Shown here piece by piece: positions 62,522 to 64,000 of a DNA stretch of 64,000 nucleotides. The stretch is taken from contig CAJWLK010000009.1 in NCBI GenBank assembly GCA_913043255.1, forward strand, positions 27,706 to 91,705. Reading direction: 5' to 3'. Each line of letters starts with the position of its first letter. Within the stretch, counting starts at the first letter, position 1. Under the pieces are notes generated by a model. It did not search any database. It saw only the letters and a list, made by a program, of their open reading frames with translations, and was not told the DNA's origin. The DNA comes from an uncultured Gemmatimonadota bacterium. Lineage in GTDB: Bacteria; Gemmatimonadota; Gemmatimonadetes; Palauibacterales; Palauibacteraceae. The translations under genes and the position numbers were made by a program.

Positions 62522-63904
62522 TCAGGCGGTCACCACATCAAGTTGAGGCCAATTTTTCCAATGGCCTCTCGTAAAGTCGGGGAAATCTATGGGACGACTC
62601 CGATTTGCTACCGACTCTTCAGACAAAGCACATACGGCCGAGAGTGCTGCCGCATCATAGACGTTCATATCAGTCGGAAGCCCCTCGCGAAGGCACTTGA
62701 TGAGGCGATAATCCTCTAGATAGTCCATGCTACCATGTCCGCGTCCTTCGCCTACACCTGCCATCTGAGCCCAAAGTGGATGCTCGAAATCCTGGATATA
62801 GGTCTCAGCATCATCCCATCGGTGCCCCTCGCTATGGCCTTCGACATATATCCGGTTAGGATAGCCCTGAAATAGACCTCGCGTCCCCTGGACCATGTGG
62901 ATTCGTGAATAGGGGCGAGGAAGATTTGTATCGTGCGAGACATAGATTGTGCGCCCTTGAGCCGTCATGATCAGCGACACATTAACGTCACCTAATTCGT
63001 ACGTCTCGCTTCCCTTGGGAGTCTCAGGAAGAAAGTTGTCTCGAGCGTAGTTTTGAAGACCTCGAGACGGACCACTCATTGAGACGATGTAGTCGAATTG
63101 ATCTCCGCGATTTATGTCCATACAGTTTGCAATGGGGCCAAGACCGTGGGTCGGATAGAGATTCCCGTTGCGTGTCTTTGAATGCTCTCGCCGCCATAAC
63201 CCCTCACCACTTCCCGCAAACTTGATTTCTCGGAGATCGTGAAGATAGCCGCCTTCGCCGTGTAAGATTTCGCCAAATATCCCCTGACGGACCATGTGGA
63301 ACACCATCATCTCCCACCGTCCGTAGTTCACGTTCTCCATCATGACGCAGTGTTTACTCTTGGCTTCGGCTGTTTCGACAAGCCTCCAACAATCTTCAAG
63401 TGTATACGCCGCGGGCACCTCTGTCGCAGCATGGGCCCCATTTTCCATGGCAGCGACACAAACGGGGACGTGCCAGCGCCACGGTGTCGCCGTGTATACG
63501 AGGTCGAGGTCTTCCTCTTCACACATACGTATAAAATCTGTATCGCCGCGGGTGTAGAGTGTGGGCTCGGGCTGACCAGCCTCCACAACCCAATTGCGTG
63601 CGCGTTCGGCATGCTCTGGAACGATGTCACATAAAGCGGTCAGTTCGACACCATCTATGTCAAGCAGGTTTTGGACATGGACAGACCCCATCCCTCCAAT
63701 TCCAACGAAGCCAACTCGAACCGTATCAATCGGGGCAAAAGATACTGGTTTATCAGGGACACTTCCGTGATCGACAGTGCGATCACCGTCTACGTCTCCG
63801 GGAGAGCATCCAGGAAGAAGTGCGGCCCCAGCACCAAGGGCACCTAGCTTGAATAGAGTGCGCCGATCGAAGCTCTCATCGTGCAGTCCAGGTGTTCCTT
63901 CCAT
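62522..63904 (-). CDS. GH109 NAD+-dependent alpha-N-acetylgalactosaminidase-like (Tat, probable lipoprotein)
   Basis: DRRTLFK + LLPGC, TPWRWH, EVPAA, MMENVNY, YLHDLR, GNLYPTHGLGP, PRPYSR, GHGSMD. Confidence 0.9.
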   Translation of the reverse strand: MEGTPGLHDESFDRRTLFKLGALGAGAALLPGCSPGDVDGDRTVDHGSVPDKPVSFAPIDTVRVGFVGIGGMGSVHVQNLLDIDGVELTALCDIVPEHAERARNWVVEAGQPEPTLYTRGDTDFIRMCEEEDLDLVYTATPWRWHVPVCVAAMENGAHAATEVPAAYTLEDCWRLVETAEAKSKHCVMMENVNYGRWEMMVFHMVRQGIFGEILHGEGGYLHDLREIKFAGSGEGLWRREHSKTRNGNLYPTHGLGPIANCMDINRGDQFDYIVSMSGPSRGLQNYARDNFLPETPKGSETYELGDVNVSLIMTAQGRTIYVSHDTNLPRPYSRIHMVQGTRGLFQGYPNRIYVEGHSEGHRWDDAETYIQDFEHPLWAQMAGVGEGRGHGSMDYLEDYRLIKCLREGLPTDMNVYDAAALSAVCALSEESVANRSRPIDFPDFTRGHWKNWPQLDVVTA

Positions 63905-64000
63905 CTGGCAGTCCTTGCTTAAAAGAGTGTTTCGTTACGCTTGGCCCTTATTTGTCGATGGACAGGCCACTAGGTACAGAAACCGGGGCCAGACTGTTGA

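Overview
Gene-dense, mostly housekeeping chromosomal segment of a Gram-negative bacterium. The gene content (PorX-like regulator, extended LptF, short GyrB, Tat-exported sugar oxidoreductases, several lineage-type hypotheticals) suggests Gemmatimonadota; this is inference, not a database result. In order: partial XdhC plus etfBA; a Tat molybdo-sulfite dehydrogenase with its cytochrome c; an ECF sigma/anti-sigma/TolC/MFP/MacB-permease operon; lipid and redox genes; rho; a GyrA-family subunit lacking the GyrA-box; thyX, glpK and recF-dciA-gyrB; hbd/thiolase/LeuB-like genes; a CNNM transporter next to a strongly structured ~145-nt intergenic RNA candidate (6S-like); an LPS cluster containing a REC-PglZ (PorX-like) regulator; gmd; a DUF547-DedA/VTT fusion; and a ~12-kb sugar locus. 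That locus holds a GMC glycoside dehydrogenase, a Gfo/Idh/MocA enzyme, an NTP-transferase, an SSS transporter, a eukaryote-type GALK2-like kinase and a GH109, and looks like a GalNAc harvesting and salvage system. I saw no tRNA, rRNA, CRISPR array or mobile element. All family calls come from motif recognition by eye.
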